Assembly (NCBI GenBank): GCA_039208735.1
Contig: JBCCQY010000144.1
Span: 1 to 24,482, forward strand
Origin: Myxococcota bacterium
GTDB lineage: Bacteria > Myxococcota_A > UBA796 > GCA-2862545
Length of the DNA stretch: 24,482 bases
Direction: 5' to 3'
Shown here: positions 23,568 to 24,482 of the stretch, piece by piece
How the letters are laid out: each line of letters begins with the position of its first letter
How positions within the stretch are numbered: position 1 is the first letter of the stretch
The notes under the pieces: model-generated
Databases searched by the model: none
Told to the model about the DNA's origin: nothing
The model's input: the letters and a program-made list of their open reading frames with translations, nothing else
Translations under genes and position numbers: made by a program

Positions 23568-24482
23568 TTGCCGCGTTCTTCAAGGAGTCGCGTTCGCTGG
23601 TTCCGTTCTGGATTGCCTTCGCCGCCATGGTCGTGGTCTCCGCGGTCGCCGACGCGCTCGGTCCCGACTACGTCTTGCAGCCCTTCGGGACGCGCTACGA
23701 CGACGATTCCGGGGGCTACTTCTTCGTGGTGCTCCTCGGATTGCTCATGGGCCATGGCGTGGTCGCGCATGAGTACGTCAACGACCACATCGAGTTCCTC
23801 GACGCCCTACCGGTCACCCGCACCACCTTGTACCTAGGCAAGGTGCTCGCCTGCACGATGGCCGCTCTAGGACTGGTGGTGGGAAGCGCACTTGGCGACG
23901 TCACTATGGACGTGCTGGGACCGGTGCCCCATCAACTGCCGTCTTGGCGCCCCTTGCTCATCGAGCACCTCCTGGTCTTCGCAACGTTCTGGTTTGGCCT
24001 CGGCGTAGGCATGTTGTTGTCCTGGATTCGCGGCTTGGCCATCAGCGTGGTCATCGCCCTGATGTTTGCCGGCAGCATCCTCACCTTCGCCATCCCGTCC
24101 TTGGGCGACGCGGTTCCGTTGCCCGACACCGGATTCGGTCGCCTCACGTGGACGCGAGGGGAGGCCTCTCATCCCTTCGGTCCTCCTTTGTTCTGGTTTG
24201 GCATCGGCACCCTGTGCATGGTGATTTCGGGGTGGCTGTTCACGGGTCCCGGCGGCGCGTTGGTGGCTCGAGGGTCCGCGGCCATGAGCCGGCTCCGGGT
24301 CGTAGGGGTGGTCTTGGGCTCGGTCACCCTCATGGGCTTAGGGCTCTTGGGGCTCCTCGCGACGGGAGGGATTGCCGATCTGCCCGAGCGACTCTTGGTT
24401 GTCGATCCACCAGGGCCCTTGCGGGTGGTGTTTCAGCCCTCTTCCGCCGGCCATGTGCTTTCGATGGTTCCGAGCCTCGAAG
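23564..24482 (+). CDS. Second ABC-2-type permease paralogue; runs off the window end
   Basis: Not in the ORF track; GTGA overlap, GGAGG at 23551-23555; MIAAFFKESRSLVPFW...HEYVNDHIEFLDALPVTRTTLYLGK... multiple TM segments; no stop to the window end. Confidence 0.82.
   Translation, partial: MIAAFFKESRSLVPFWIAFAAMVVVSAVADALGPDYVLQPFGTRYDDDSGGYFFVVLLGLLMGHGVVAHEYVNDHIEFLDALPVTRTTLYLGKVLACTMAALGLVVGSALGDVTMDVLGPVPHQLPSWRPLLIEHLLVFATFWFGLGVGMLLSWIRGLAISVVIALMFAGSILTFAIPSLGDAVPLPDTGFGRLTWTRGEASHPFGPPLFWFGIGTLCMVISGWLFTGPGGALVARGSAAMSRLRVVGVVLGSVTLMGLGLLGLLATGGIADLPERLLVVDPPGPLRVVFQPSSAGHVLSMVPSLE

Noticed and set aside
1..24482. CRISPR arrays, tRNA/rRNA, IS or integrase genes, retron or recognisable defence genes
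   Set aside because: No regularly spaced repeats, cloverleaf, transposase, recombinase or reverse-transcriptase motifs were seen by eye.

Overview
High-GC bacterial DNA whose gene content (Hanks-type kinase, many Cys-rich lipoproteins, DUF1501 module) suggests Myxococcota or a related delta-proteobacterium; this taxonomy is inferred. All family assignments come from motifs I recognised by eye, not from searches. About 24 tightly packed genes: a partial class-2 lipase; a 4-hydroxybutyryl-CoA dehydratase (AbfD) homologue with Fe-S ligands intact; an SRPBCC protein; a Sel1-repeat/M28 peptidase fusion; a RetSat/phytoene-desaturase-like flavoprotein; several orphan lipoproteins including a beta-helix protein; a coupled operon (lipoprotein, CxxCH DUF1588/1585-type protein, Tat-exported DUF1501 protein, cytochrome c, alpha/beta hydrolase); a Ser/Thr kinase; a LinD-like glutathione transferase; TetR; a YbhB/YbcL lipoprotein; and an ABC ATPase with two paralogous permeases. 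The best leads are (i) a Fur-box-like palindrome followed by a 29-aa membrane-peptide ORF, a hairpin and the RetSat-like gene, and (ii) the exported heme/DUF1501 operon. I saw no rRNA, tRNA, CRISPR array or mobile element.
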